A stretch of DNA of 64,000 nucleotides from Mizuhopecten yessoensis (lineage: Eukaryota). The position numbers and the translations under genes are program-made. Location: positions 422,832 to 486,831 of the forward strand of contig NW_018408769.1 of the NCBI RefSeq assembly GCF_002113885.1, in the 5' to 3' direction. The notes beneath the pieces were generated by a model, which did no database searches, had not been told where the DNA came from, and saw only the letters and a list, made by a program, of their open reading frames with translations. Position 1 is the stretch's first letter. The number at the start of each line of letters is the position of its first letter. This document shows, in pieces, positions 10,649-23,598 of the stretch.

Positions 10649-13600
10649 TCATGATTCTACTTCCTGTTGTCTATTAACTGCTGGTTGCTGCATGATATTG
10701 TTCTTCAGATCAACGCTTCCGTTAGGGCTAGAGTTGCCGGTTCCGTAGTGACCACTGTCTGGAGTTGAGATTCCACTTGTGGTGCCACTTCTTTCAGAAG
10801 ACAGACTGATAGACGACTCGGCTGGAGGGGCTGTAGGTGTGACGTTATTTAATACCGTGGTTGATCGCGGTCTATGTTGTACTTGAGTCTCGATATCTCT
10901 CGGAAGGGATACTTGATCCTCCTTCTCAAAGACATTCTTTGTCATCGTTTCTTCGTCATTGGTAGAATGACGTCTGCTACTGGGGACGTTAGCATTCACT
11001 TTAAAAGGAAACAGAAAATACAGACGTATGATATATGTTTGCAGAATATAAAGAAAGTTAAAGCATTAAAAGGCAATAGCTTGTCCTAAAACTTACAGTT
11101 GTATTGCAGATAAAAATCAAGTTAATAATTCTAATTTATTAAAAGGTTGCCATTGCTTTTTGGCACAAAACGGATACTAAAGATGACTGCTTACATATCA
11201 GTTTCATATTATGCTTGTCAAGGAGGGTGCAGTCTGCAAGATTGGTCGACATGTGTTCGTCTATAGGATGGCTGATGACTGGTACTACCGCCTGGTTTGA
11301 GGGCCAATTGGTTGATTCCTCCATGTGTCTACCCAGACCATTACTACCGTCGTCCATAAGTTTGGATGAAAATTGACACTCTGTATTACCGGATCGCTCT
11401 GATGGTTGGCATTGTTCTCCTTCTGTAATGACACAGTGATAGTAACGTAGATAATTGTAAAATGCATAAAGAACGAGTTACACATCTGATATTGGGATCT
11501 AACTGTCACACATCTTATACTGTTTCTATATTATGTGCTCATTGCATGGTGTCAGAAAATAAAGCGTTATGTCGTTGTTTATATTTTTTTTGTTTTGTTT
11601 TTCGAAATTATATTTTTTTTTATATAGAATTAAACTTGATTCACAATATGCATATCCGTTCAATTATTGTAAGCATTTAAAATGGCCTCACCTGCTAGTG
11701 CTGGTTGCTTGTTTCCACGTGGAGGCAACAATGGGACTTTTTCTGCCAGACAGTTATCAACGACATGTGTTTCTCCCATCGTCTTCTGAACAACACTTGC
11801 TCCTGCAGGCTCTACAGTTATTCCGTTAGAAACGTCAGTCTCCTCGTCATCAAAACGTGTCATTTGCTGCGGTCCTGCTTTCAGTTGTCTCATTGTCCCC
11901 TGTCTGTCTTTGATACTTTGTTTTCGGTTATCTCTGCGTATCTTTATTAGTAGGACAATGATGAATATTAGCATGGCCATCATTATAGACACTAGGATGT
12001 AGATGATTGTCCATTGTCTTTTATTTTCCTCTGAAATGTAGTAAATACATTAATGACAACGGAGCTCTGAATAATATATAAAAAAAATAGATACGATTTG
12101 GAAGCGGTTCAAATTACAAGGTGATATGTAACATGTTCTAAATCAACTTCTCTCGCCGTTTTGTGATACATACCTAGTGACAATATAAGTCTGTCTTTCT
12201 CTTCTTCTTGGACAGCAAGCAGTCCCTCTGGAAGTTTTCAACAAATTTAATATAATTGTTTCAATTTTCATTCAATATATGATCGTGAGTCAGTTTCATT
12301 CAACATGATGTATCACAACGCGGTACTTTATATTATTGTTATAACCTACCTTTCGCTGCCTGGTTAGCACCGATACCATCAGATCCTCCATTCTCAAGTG
12401 CTGTAACGACAAAGGTGAAGGCCAAACTTTTATTGTACTCACGCAAGTGTCAAAATGTACAATGTATAACATATGATAAGATATCATTGTGTAGCTATTA
12501 CAAAATAATATATCGTCTTGGACTAACACAGGGTCACACGTCATAATGAGACCTTTACAATATACTGTACCGTACCTAACAACTGGGTTACACAAAGTAA
12601 CATACCATTTAGAGAACCTTACAATATACAAAATGTACCGTATTAGACCACTGGGCAGCATAGGGCAACATGTCTATCGGATCATTACAGTTTACCATTT
12701 GGATCTCCGGGAAAACATGGAGTAGTTTTTCATTGTGTCTATATCACATTAATGTGTACCATATCTGACAACTGGGCAACACAGGGTAACAAGTTATTGT
12801 CTGATTATTACTGCATACTGTATAATACATACTGAACTACTGGACACAAGACAATAAAATACGTCATTTACTTAACATTAGCATATACCGTATTGGAACA
12901 CCTGGCAACATAGGGCAACAAGTCAATGTGTGATTACAATATACCGTATTTGAACACCTGGCAACATATTGGAACACGTCAATGTGTGATTACAATATAC
13001 CGTATTGGAACATCTGGCAACATATGGCATCACGTAAATGTGTGATTACAATATACCGTATTTGTACACCTGACAACATAGGACAACACCTCAATGTGTT
13101 ATTACAATATACTGTACTTGAACACCAAGCAACGTAGGGTAACACGTCAATGTGTGATTACAATATACCATACTGGAACACCTGGCAACATGTCAATGTG
13201 TGATAACAATATACCATACTGGAACACCTGGCAACGTAGGGCAACACGTCAATGTGTGATTACAATATACCATACTGGAAAAAATGGCAACATGTAAATG
13301 TGTGATTACAATATACCATACTGGAACACCTGACAACAAAGGGCAACACGTCAATATATGATTACAGTATACCGTATTGGAACACCTGGCAACATAGGGC
13401 AACACGTCAATGTGTGATTACAATATACCGTAATGGAACACCTGGCAACATAGGGAAACACGTCAATGTGTGATTACAATATACCGTATTGGAACACCTG
13501 GCAACAAAGGGCAACACGTCAATATATGTTTACAGTATACCGTATTGGAACACCTGGCAACAAAGGGCAACACGTCAATGTGTGATTACAATATACCGTA

Positions 13601-16321
13601 TTGGAACATCTGGCAACATAGGGCAACACGTCAATTTGTTATTACAATATACTGTACTTGAACACCTGCCAACGTTGGGCAACACGTCAATGTGTGATTA
13701 CAATATACCATACTGGAAAACCTGGCAACATGTCAATGTGTGATACATGTAACAATATACCATAATGGCACACCTGGCAACGTAGGGCAACACGTCAATG
13801 TGTGATTACAATATACCATACTGGAACACCTGGCAACACGTCAATGTGTGATTATAATATACCGTATTGGTGGAACACCTGGCAACATAGGGCAACACGT
13901 CAATGTGTGATTACAAAATACCATTCTGGAACACCTGGCAACATGTCAATATGTGATTACAATATACCGTGTTGGAACACCTGGCAACATAGGGAAACGC
14001 GTCAATTTGTGATCACAATATACCGTGTTGGAACACCTGTCAACATAGGGCAACACGTCAATGTGTGATTACAAAATACCATACTGGAACACCTGGCAAC
14101 ATGTCAATGTGTGATTACAATATATCGTGTTGGAACACCTAGCAACATAGGGCAACACGTCAATGTGTGATTACAATATACCATATTGGAACATCTGGCA
14201 ACAAATGGCATCACGTAAATGTGTGATTACAATATACCGTATTGGTACACCTGGCAACATGTCAATATGTGATTACAATATACCGTGTTGGAACACCTGG
14301 CAACATAGGGCAACACGTCAATGTGCGATTACTATATACCGTGTTGGAACACCTGGCAACATAGGGCAACACGTCAATGTGTGATTACAAAATACCATAC
14401 TGGAACACCTGGCAACATAGGGCAACACATCAATGTGTGATTACAATATACCGTATTGGAACACCTGACAACAAAGAGCAACACGTCAATGTGTGATTAC
14501 AATATACCGTATTGGAACACCTGACAACAAAGAGCAACACGTCAATGTGTGATTACAATATACCATACTGGAACACCTGGCAACAGTCAATGTGTGATTA
14601 CAATATACCGTATTGGAACACCTGGCAACAAAGAGCAACACGTCAATGTGTGATTACAATATACCGTATTGGAACATCTGGCAACATATGGCATCACGTA
14701 AATGTGTGATTACAATATACCGTATTGGTACACCTGGCAACATGTCAATATGTGATTACAATATACCGTGTTGGAACACCTGGCAACATAGGGAAACGTG
14801 TCAATTTGTGATCACAATATACCGTGTTGGAACACCTGGCAACATAGGGCAACACGTCAATGTGTGATTACAAAATACCATACTGGAACACCTGGCAACA
14901 TAGGGAAACGCGTCAATGTGTGATTACAATATACCATACTGGAACACCTGGCAACAGTCAATGTGTGATTACAATATACCGTATTGGAACACCTGGCAAC
15001 ATAGGGCAACACATCAATGTGTGATTACAATATACCGTATTGGAACACCTGGCAACAAAGGGCAGCACATCAATGTGTGATTACAATATACCGTATTGGA
15101 ACACTTGGCAACAAAGGGCAGCACATCAATGTGTGATTAATATATTATCTGACACATGGGTCACGTAGGGTAAAATGTCACTTTATACATATTACAATGT
15201 ATATAATTGTAACATGTGGTTGCAGGACAGTTTGTGTAATGCATTATAGCGTATAAAACAGTATGTATAACAAATATAAAAGCGCCCTGTTACAATCATT
15301 GCGACAGGTCTAAAAATAAAGATTCATTCGTGCCGCATTGCAGTTTCGCTAAAATTAGCGACGTAAATTTTCAGAATATAAAGTTGGATCTGACTCAATA
15401 TACTCATGTAATACTATCTCCATTACACCATATATACGTGGTCAGATTGCATCATACATTAAACGTGACCCGATCGATACCAAATAACGCCACTATATTG
15501 TACACGTGTGATCACATTTACATTCCTTACAGAATATCGTGTAAGTCCTGACCAGGACAACATACAACAAATATATATGTAGAATAATACAAATTTTAAT
15601 AATTTAGAAAGCTCACAGGCTTAACAACACATAATTAAAAAAGAAAACATCTGTTTTAACTGTAGTAAAACGGTTTCTACTTTTCATTATACATATTTTC
15701 ACTACATGTAGTAATGCGTGTATCTGACAGGTGTATTGCTTTATATCTCGTGTATAAACAATGTATTGATAATAAGTTATTGTAAAAGTAGACATATGAA
15801 TATATAGAGTAAAGAGATAACAATGATGTTACAACATAACTTTTGAATAGATACATGATACACTCTTGTGTGATATATATTGTCCTGAAAAGAACTTTTC
15901 CTTAAAATGAGAGATTAGATAGACATTATTTGAAATACACGCGTTTATGAATATTTAAACAGTTGTGATTTGTTTTCTTATGAATTGAATGTTTGAACAG
16001 ATCAAAATTAAAAATAATAAATTCCTTACCATTAAAAAACTAGTTTCTTTTCGGATGAAGACATTTGTTAGGTAATGTAAACTTACCTTTACACTGACTG
16101 TAGCACTGGGACGGAGTGTCTAACGAGTAACACTCGTCTTGAGTACAGGCCTGACACGAGGGACGCTGACCCTTTATCACCCGACAGTATTCAGCTGGAA
16201 ACTCGCAAAAGTCAAGTCCACAGTTGAACCAAAAACCATCAGGGGGTAATTCCAAAGCGGAAGAAGACAGGAAATTATAACAGCAGAGAAGAGCGACGGG
16301 AATGACCACGAATCTAGCCAT
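10649..16321 (-). CDS. Grindelwald-like TNF-receptor-family type I membrane protein, paralog B (6 coding exons, ~418 aa)
   Basis: Exons 16321-16087, 12400-12350, 12227-12174, 12030-11692, 11422-11195 and 10998-10649. All introns are GT-AG and phase 1; total 1257 nt, open. Signal peptide MARFVVIPVALLCCYNFLSSSA. 8-Cys domain CGLDFCEFPAEYCRVIKGQRPSCQACTQDECYSLDTPSQCYSQC, homologous to paralog A (PPxGFxFNCGxDxCxFP). TM segment WTIIYILVSIMMAMLIFIIVLLI followed by KIRR. Confidence 0.8.
12880..15140. repeat. Minisatellite of ~53-bp (and ~42-bp) units in intron 1 of receptor B
   Basis: Unit caatataccgtattggaacacctggcaacatagggcaacacgtcaatgtgtgatta, with degenerate copies extending to ~12500. ORFs at 13094-14867 are repeat translations. 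Confidence 0.96.
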
Positions 16322-16376
16322 TTTAATTGTATGAACTGTATTGCACGGATCTATTCTTAGTGTAGATAAATTCCAG

Positions 16377-16445
16377 TTTATAAATAGCCACAAGGAGTGT
16401 TAAACTATTTGTGTTCAAAGTTGTGACGCAGATGACTCACACGTG
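16377..16445 (-). promoter_or_regulatory. Candidate promoter of receptor B: TATA-like element, CRE-like site, AP-1 site and E-box
   Basis: tttataaata at ~16377-16386, TGACGCA at 16424-16430, TGACTCA at 16433-16439, CACGTG at 16440-16445; all within 125 bp of the ATG. Confidence 0.5.
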
Positions 16446-17736
16446 ATGTGTACTGGGTGTTGTGCAATCTATTCTGCATACTTAAACCTTTAGATCGAGA
16501 CAGGTCGATATGAAAATAAGGAATGGCATGAAATTCAGTGTAACACGATATTGCTGACAAGAATTATTCTCATTTTAGTATGTCCTATTTATCAAGAAGT
16601 TAGGGAGAGATTTATAAGAAAAGGAATAAATGAAAAAGGCAGGCAGAATTATAGCTTTTACCGCTTAAATAGATTTAGTAAATATGTATACAATGCTACC
16701 AATTTTAGCATGCGCAGTGTCCCACAAACCATGTTGATGTCATGTATGAGATGTTATGCTCGAATGAACTGTAAAACTCCACGACGAAATTAAATAAAGA
16801 ATGTATGTGTGTGTATTGCGAGAATGTGAAAAGGAATGTTAAAGAATACAAAATAGTTAAAATAAAGGATGATGAAGTATACATATCTCTATCTCGATAG
16901 GTTGTACTCCACAGAGACCAAAATGGCATTAATGCAGGGGGATATATAACATATATAATATTTGAGATGTTTTTATCGGAGTCTTAGCTCTGATATATAT
17001 TAAGCGTACCATATGATAAACAACATGGTCACTAAAGGGGTATGTCTGATAATTGAATAAAATGAGCATTAACATAGACAAGTGCATATTGCCCATACGT
17101 AAATAACAAACGCTTGTCGAGTCAATAATCATTTGCTGTATATGTTAGCTAATATAGAATAGTAATATCTCTGGAACATACCTGGTAAAACGTTTAAAGA
17201 ATAATTGATTTAATATTGGTGTTTGATTTTATTCTGAAATTAAGAATAAGAACACAGTATGAATGAATTTAATGATTCTCATTTATTGATGACAGATAAA
17301 AATAATCTGTTCTTGTTATTATAGATTTCGATTGTGGAATATTAGGGTTTCCGCTGCTCCTAAGAGTTTAAAGTAATAATTCTGTTAAAGAAAGGCTTTA
17401 TACCTTGTGCATTAAAGAAACAATTTGGCACATATTTAAATATGATGTATACATTGACAAGAGTTTACCATCCTGTCTTCTACTGGTTTATGGTGTTTCA
17501 AGTTCTATCGTAAATTAACCAACATATTGAGATGAACTTCTTCGAGGTATAGATATGATACATGTACGCACTGGTTCCTCCTGAACAGGAACAATACAAT
17601 GCCATTCGATTACAGAACAATTGTCTTCTTGTCTGGTCTAACATAATTATCAAATGAACTATACTCTATGAGTATTCATTCCAACCATTGAAAACCCGAA
17701 TATTTTAAATTTAGCATAGAAAATATGTGATATGAT

Positions 17737-19587
17737 AAGGTTTTCTTTACTGATTAATATAAAGCTTACATGTTGTTGCTGTAAAAGTTATCTGACCAAG
17801 TTTTCTTTACTGATTAATGTCAAGCTTACGTGTTGTTGCTGTAAACGTTATCTGACCAAGTTTTCTTTACTGATTAATATAAATGCTACATGTTGTTGCT
17901 GTAAACGTTATCTGACCAGCTTACATGATGTTGCTGTAAAAATTATCTGACCAAGTTTTCTTTACTGATTAATGTTAAGCTTACATGATGTTGCTGTAAA
18001 AAATATCTGACCAAGTTTTCTTTACTGATTAATATCAAGCTTACGTGTTGTTGCTGTAAACGTTATCTGACCAAGTTTTCTTTACTGATTAATATAAAGC
18101 TTACATGTTGTTGCTGTAAAAGTTATCAGACCAGCTTACATGATGTCGCTGTAAAAGTTATCTGACCAAGTTTTCTTTACTGATTAATATAAAGCTTACA
18201 TGATGTTGCTGTAAAAGTTATCTGACCAAATTTTCTTTACTGATTAATGTTAAGCTTACATGTTGTTGATGTAAAAGTTATCTGACCAAGTTTTCTTTAC
18301 TGATTAATGTTAAGCTTACGTCGTGTTGCTGTAAAAGTTATCTGACCAAGTTTTCTTTACTGATTAATGTTAAGCTTACATGTTGTTGATGTAAAAGTTA
18401 TCCGACCAAGTTTTCTTTACTGATTAATGTTAAGCTTACATGTTGTTGCTGTAAAAGTTATCTGACCAAGTTTTCTTTACTGATTAATGTTAAGCTTACG
18501 TCGTGTTGCTGTAAAAGTTATCTGACCAAGTTTTCTTTACTGATTAATGTTAAGCTTACATGTTGTTGATGTAAAAGTTATCCGACCAAGTTTTCTTTAC
18601 TGATTAATGTTAAGCTTACGTCGTGTTGCTGTAAAAGTTATCTGACCAAGTTTTCTTTACTGATTAATGTTAAGCTTACATGTTGTTGATGTAAAAGTTA
18701 TCCGACCAAGTTTTCTTTACTGATTAATGTTAAGCTTACATGTTGTTGCTGTAAAAATTATCTGACCAAGTTTTCTTTACTGATTAATATAAAGCTTACA
18801 TGTTGTTGCTGTAAAAGTTATCTGACCAAGTTTTCTTTACTGATTAATATAAAGCTTACGTGTTGTTACTGCACAAGTTATCTGACCAAGTTTTCTTTAC
18901 TGATTAATGTTAAGCTTACATGTTGTTGATGTAAAAGTTATCCGACGAAGTTTTCTTTACTGATTAATGTTAAGCTTACATGTTGTTGCTGTAAAAGTTA
19001 TCTGACCAAGTTTTCTTTACTGATTAATATAAAGCTTACGTGTTGTTGCTGTAAAAGTTATCTGACCAAGTTTTCTTTACTGATTAATGTTAAGCTTACA
19101 TGTTGTTGCTGTAAAAGTTATCAGACCAGCTTACATGATGTCGCTGTAAAAGTTATCTGACTAAGTATAAAAAATATCTGATCAAGGTTTCTTTACTGAT
19201 TTGCTGTAAAAGTTATCTGATCAAGTTTTCTTTACTGATTAATATTAAGCTTACGTGTTGTTGCTGTAAAAGTTATCTGACAAAATTTTCTTTACTGATT
19301 ATTGTTAAGCTTACGTGTTGTTGCTGTAAAAGATATCTGACCAAGTTTTCTTTACTGATTAATGTTTAGCTTATATGTTGTCGCTGTCAAAGGTATCTGA
19401 CCAAGATTTCTTTACTGATTAATGTTAAGCTTACATGTTGTTGCTGTAAAAGTTATCTGACCAAGTTTTCTTTACTGATTATTATAAAGCTTACGTGTTG
19501 TTGCTGTAAAAGTTATCTGACCAGCTTACATGATGTTGCTATAAAAAATATCTGATCAAGGTTTCTTTACTGATTAATGTTAAGCCT
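17737..19587. repeat. 60-bp AT-rich satellite array
   Basis: Unit aagttttctttactgattaatgttaagcttacatgttgttgctgtaaaagttatctgacc, about 30 copies, in register with the 60-base lines over 18181-19080. Confidence 0.97.
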
Positions 19588-22459
19588 TATATGGAGATAT
19601 TAGAGTTAAGATCTGTTCCTACAGAAAAAACTGCACTGTACACCAGTTTTGAAATTGAGACTTAACATATAAAATAATTAATGATGGTTGTTTACACTGG
19701 AAGTTGGAGGAGTTGGATTAGCATGCTACCGCCCGAGATGATATAGTTATTGTAAAAGTAAATTAATTGGAAGATGAACGCCATTTTGTACGTGTGACAG
19801 TTGGTAATTGAAACATTATACCAAAAGTGAATGACACAACACCACTTACAGTTGGTTCGATCCTCTAGTACTTATCGACGATACTAAGGGCAAAACATAA
19901 TAAATACAAATTGGTCTGAACTACTGCTTAAACAGAAGGGAAGATGCAGAAAACCCCTTTATTAAATGAATTTGAAATATTAGAGAAATACTGGTTAATT
20001 TTAAATTGATAGTGGGAAAATTACGTTTATTATTAACCCTGTCACTACTCAAAAAATGTAGTTGTTGCAATGAAGTTTACGGCAAATCCCGTGAACTTAG
20101 AAATTCACCAGGATAGTCTAACACGTACCATGTACCTTGAACTATGAACGTACGACATTCACATGTAGTGCACCTAATTTATACAGTATGCCAAAAACGA
20201 GCTACATGACACCATATACCGCTATTTTATCCATCAAGGACTAAACGGTGCTGCTAGGGCCAAAAATGATGGAAATCCAAATCAGTCTGAGAAAATGAAA
20301 CCTAATGGGAGTTAAATATTTAAAAATGACACATTGAACTCAATGTTAGAAGAAAAAAGTATACTTTGATAACAATGTTTAATTTCACATTCGAACAAAC
20401 ACATATACCTTTTGGCTTTTGAAATCATACAAAAATAAGAAAAAAATAAACTGATGTTTTGCGTTCACTAGATAATTTGAAATCAATAGGATAGACATTA
20501 AAAAGAGAAGAAAAGTTAGTTAATATGATGACCGCTTCACATTCGTGAATATAATTTGAGTATTATACAAAACAACGGAAGACGTAAGATATACACATAT
20601 TGTTTGTAAATAGGAAATATTGCACAATCTATTCGCAGCTAAATGAGGTAAATATGTTTTACTCACTAGGAAATATATGTTAACCAAAACGAAGATTTAA
20701 TGCAAAAAAGAGATATATACCAAAACACATATGTACTGTTGTCCAAGGTTGTAAATATCCGTTTTGGAGAATAATGGTAGTAGGTCGACCCATGGAAAGG
20801 TTTATTAATGAAATACTCTCTACTGGATTTTATAAAGTCATCCATATTATCTTAGAATGCTGTACACCATTCGAAACAATTCATCAATATAGGATTAATG
20901 GTCAGGGATGTCACTCAATCTGCTATGCTCGACTATGTTGGAAGGGTAGGGATATCTATTAATGCTATGATGTCCATTGTCGCTTGCTGGACTTATCTCT
21001 AGACTAACGATAACTTTTTCTTTCCATGATAGCAATGTTAAATATGTTTTGCATTGGCCTTCGAATAAGTGAATGTAAATGATATATTAAAACAATTTGT
21101 ATCTGCCCAGCTTATTTGCTTGGTGTAAGAATAGGATCGGAGTTAGCTTACTTTACCTATCGTCTTTTATGTTATATTTTTGACACGTTTCGTGTAGTAT
21201 TATTAACAGAAAGCTGATAATACTGTTCTGGTTTGAACATAGCGCCTTGCGTAATAGAATATATCCTGTTGTAAAATATTAGATTGATCTGCTAAAATAA
21301 GTTGTGTACTCTCGCCATGGTTTGTGTTATTTGTATTTCTACACAGGAAACTATGTGACTGGTGTTGTTTTTTACTACTTATTTACAACGATATTCCTGA
21401 TTGTTTTGTGTCGAGTCAAATGCAATAAGTGCAAATATCAGATACACAATGGCAATACTTCAATAATCAGCAAAATGAAATGAAAGTTGTTACTCGACAG
21501 TACAATATACATTTTGAAGAAAATATGCTTCAATATTTTCATTTCTACTAAACAACACCCACTTAAATCTGCAAAATAAGATGTTCCTATAATCTTTTAA
21601 CAGCAAAACATTTTACACGTGAATGTGTTCCCTTTGAAACCGACTGGAGTCCTTCTGTCACACTGTCATGATTTCCAAATGGACGGTTTGCTCTGCTATG
21701 AGTTCTGTGATTATCGTTTTTTTTGGAAGTGACTATTTTTTTGTATAATTTCTAAATCCTCATTTTTCAATCAACTTTTGTCTTAGGGGAGACCCCTTAT
21801 ATACAACAACGTGACGCATGTTTTTCACAATATTTTTTTAACAAGTATAATATAAATATCAACAGTCACTCTAGATCTAAGCTTTCGGGCTTAGCCCTTT
21901 TTCAGGGATTGTGTGGTCCTTTTCCCGTATGTCATTTGAATCCTGAGTGACTGATAATCTTCATTTTTATTACGTTCCCTTTAGGAATTGTCGATATGCA
22001 TTCATTATGATAAATCGGGGAAGCGAAATCCGGAAATTCTAAACGGATTGCCACTAATGTAAATAATAAGGATTATCAGAAGCATATCTGATCATCTCTT
22101 TTTAAAACATGCTAAGAGATTGTGTCGGACTTATAGACTGACCAAGGGAAATAACTCCGTCATTCTTATAGGCAAGACCATTATTCGTGTTATTAAAAAT
22201 GTTTCCATTATTTTAAGGATTGTTATAACGTGTGTTAAATATATTTCATTGTTTTTTGTGCGATGTCAAAAAAGTAAGGAAGACTTTTTTTGTGATTGAT
22301 TCAAATATACGACGATATAAAAAAATGTTTATGCTTAGTCACTCTTTCTGGTTTGTTTTTAATAAATAAATAGATGTTTTCCTAGTCAGTGTTCTGTATC
22401 TTTAGACATTTTTCTGTTTGGTATGTACTTATAAATAAATTTGATTGATTTGTATAACT

Positions 22460-22935
22460 AGTTACTGTGTATTAACCTGTAAACCGTATGTATTTCACTG
22501 TTTGTATTACTTTGTATACAGTAAGTACGTATGCCACTGTATTATTAACCTGTATGCTGTATGTATTACACTGTATATATTATGTATTACATGGTATTAA
22601 AATGTGTACGATATGTGTTACACTGTTATGTATTACACTGTAAAGAGTATTATAAACCTGTATACAATATGGATTAACATGTAAACAGTATAATTTTTTA
22701 TTAAATATAAATATTCCCGTATGTAGTGTTTATTACATTTTATTTTATCTTGTAGCAGAATTATTACACTGTATGTATTACCATGTTAATAATATGCATT
22801 TCACTCAATAATTCACCTTATATTTTGTATATATTACTCTGTATACAGGTTGTATTACACTGTATGTATTACCTTGTAAACAGTATATATCACTCTTTAT
22901 GTATTACCCTGTAAACAGTTTATGTAACCCTGTTT
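22460..22935. repeat. Degenerate low-complexity repeat (gtatgtattacactgt-like)
   Basis: Recurrent tatgtattac/cactgta motifs with many mismatches. Confidence 0.6.
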
Positions 22936-23598
22936 GTAAACAACTAAACAAAAAAAGCAAAAAACAATAAAACGAATGAAGTAAAAAGAAAAGATAATGG
23001 ATTACGAATTACAGATAATGCTTTCATCATATCTAAATGAGACAGAATACCATTTTTAAGTTTTTAACAAGGCATATTAAACTATCATTATTATAACAAA
23101 AAATGATAATATACTACTGTTGTGAATTAACATATAATCTAATATTAGAAGAATGACAGGGCATCAGACGTTTTAAATTTCATGACAATTATAACCTTCG
23201 ATCAAAATGAAAGGAAAACTCCAAATACATTGCTTTGAACGTCAAGTTAGATGTACACTGAATTGAAAAGCTTTTTTGTCGAATGAATCATGCTGTGTCG
23301 AGTTAATGACATTGTGCCCGTGCAATTGTTATCCTTCACATACCTCACATATACAACCTAAAAACCATAACATACATGTATATACTAATGACCATGTCTA
23401 ATTCTGACATATCTTTTATTTTTGTATGTAAAGTTTCGTTGTGAATATGAAATATTCAGTAAGTACTATTTGTGGGTTTTTTTCTGCCATTGTTGTTAAC
23501 ACATGATAATTATAATAAGTAAACATCGATACACTGATTTCTCTTCCTCTAAACTCGGAATCCACTTCGAGATATAACTCGATTGAGTCTAAGTACAC

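Noticed and set aside
17737-19587. CRISPR-like regular array
   Set aside because: No unique spacers, no cas genes, eukaryotic context; it is a simple satellite.
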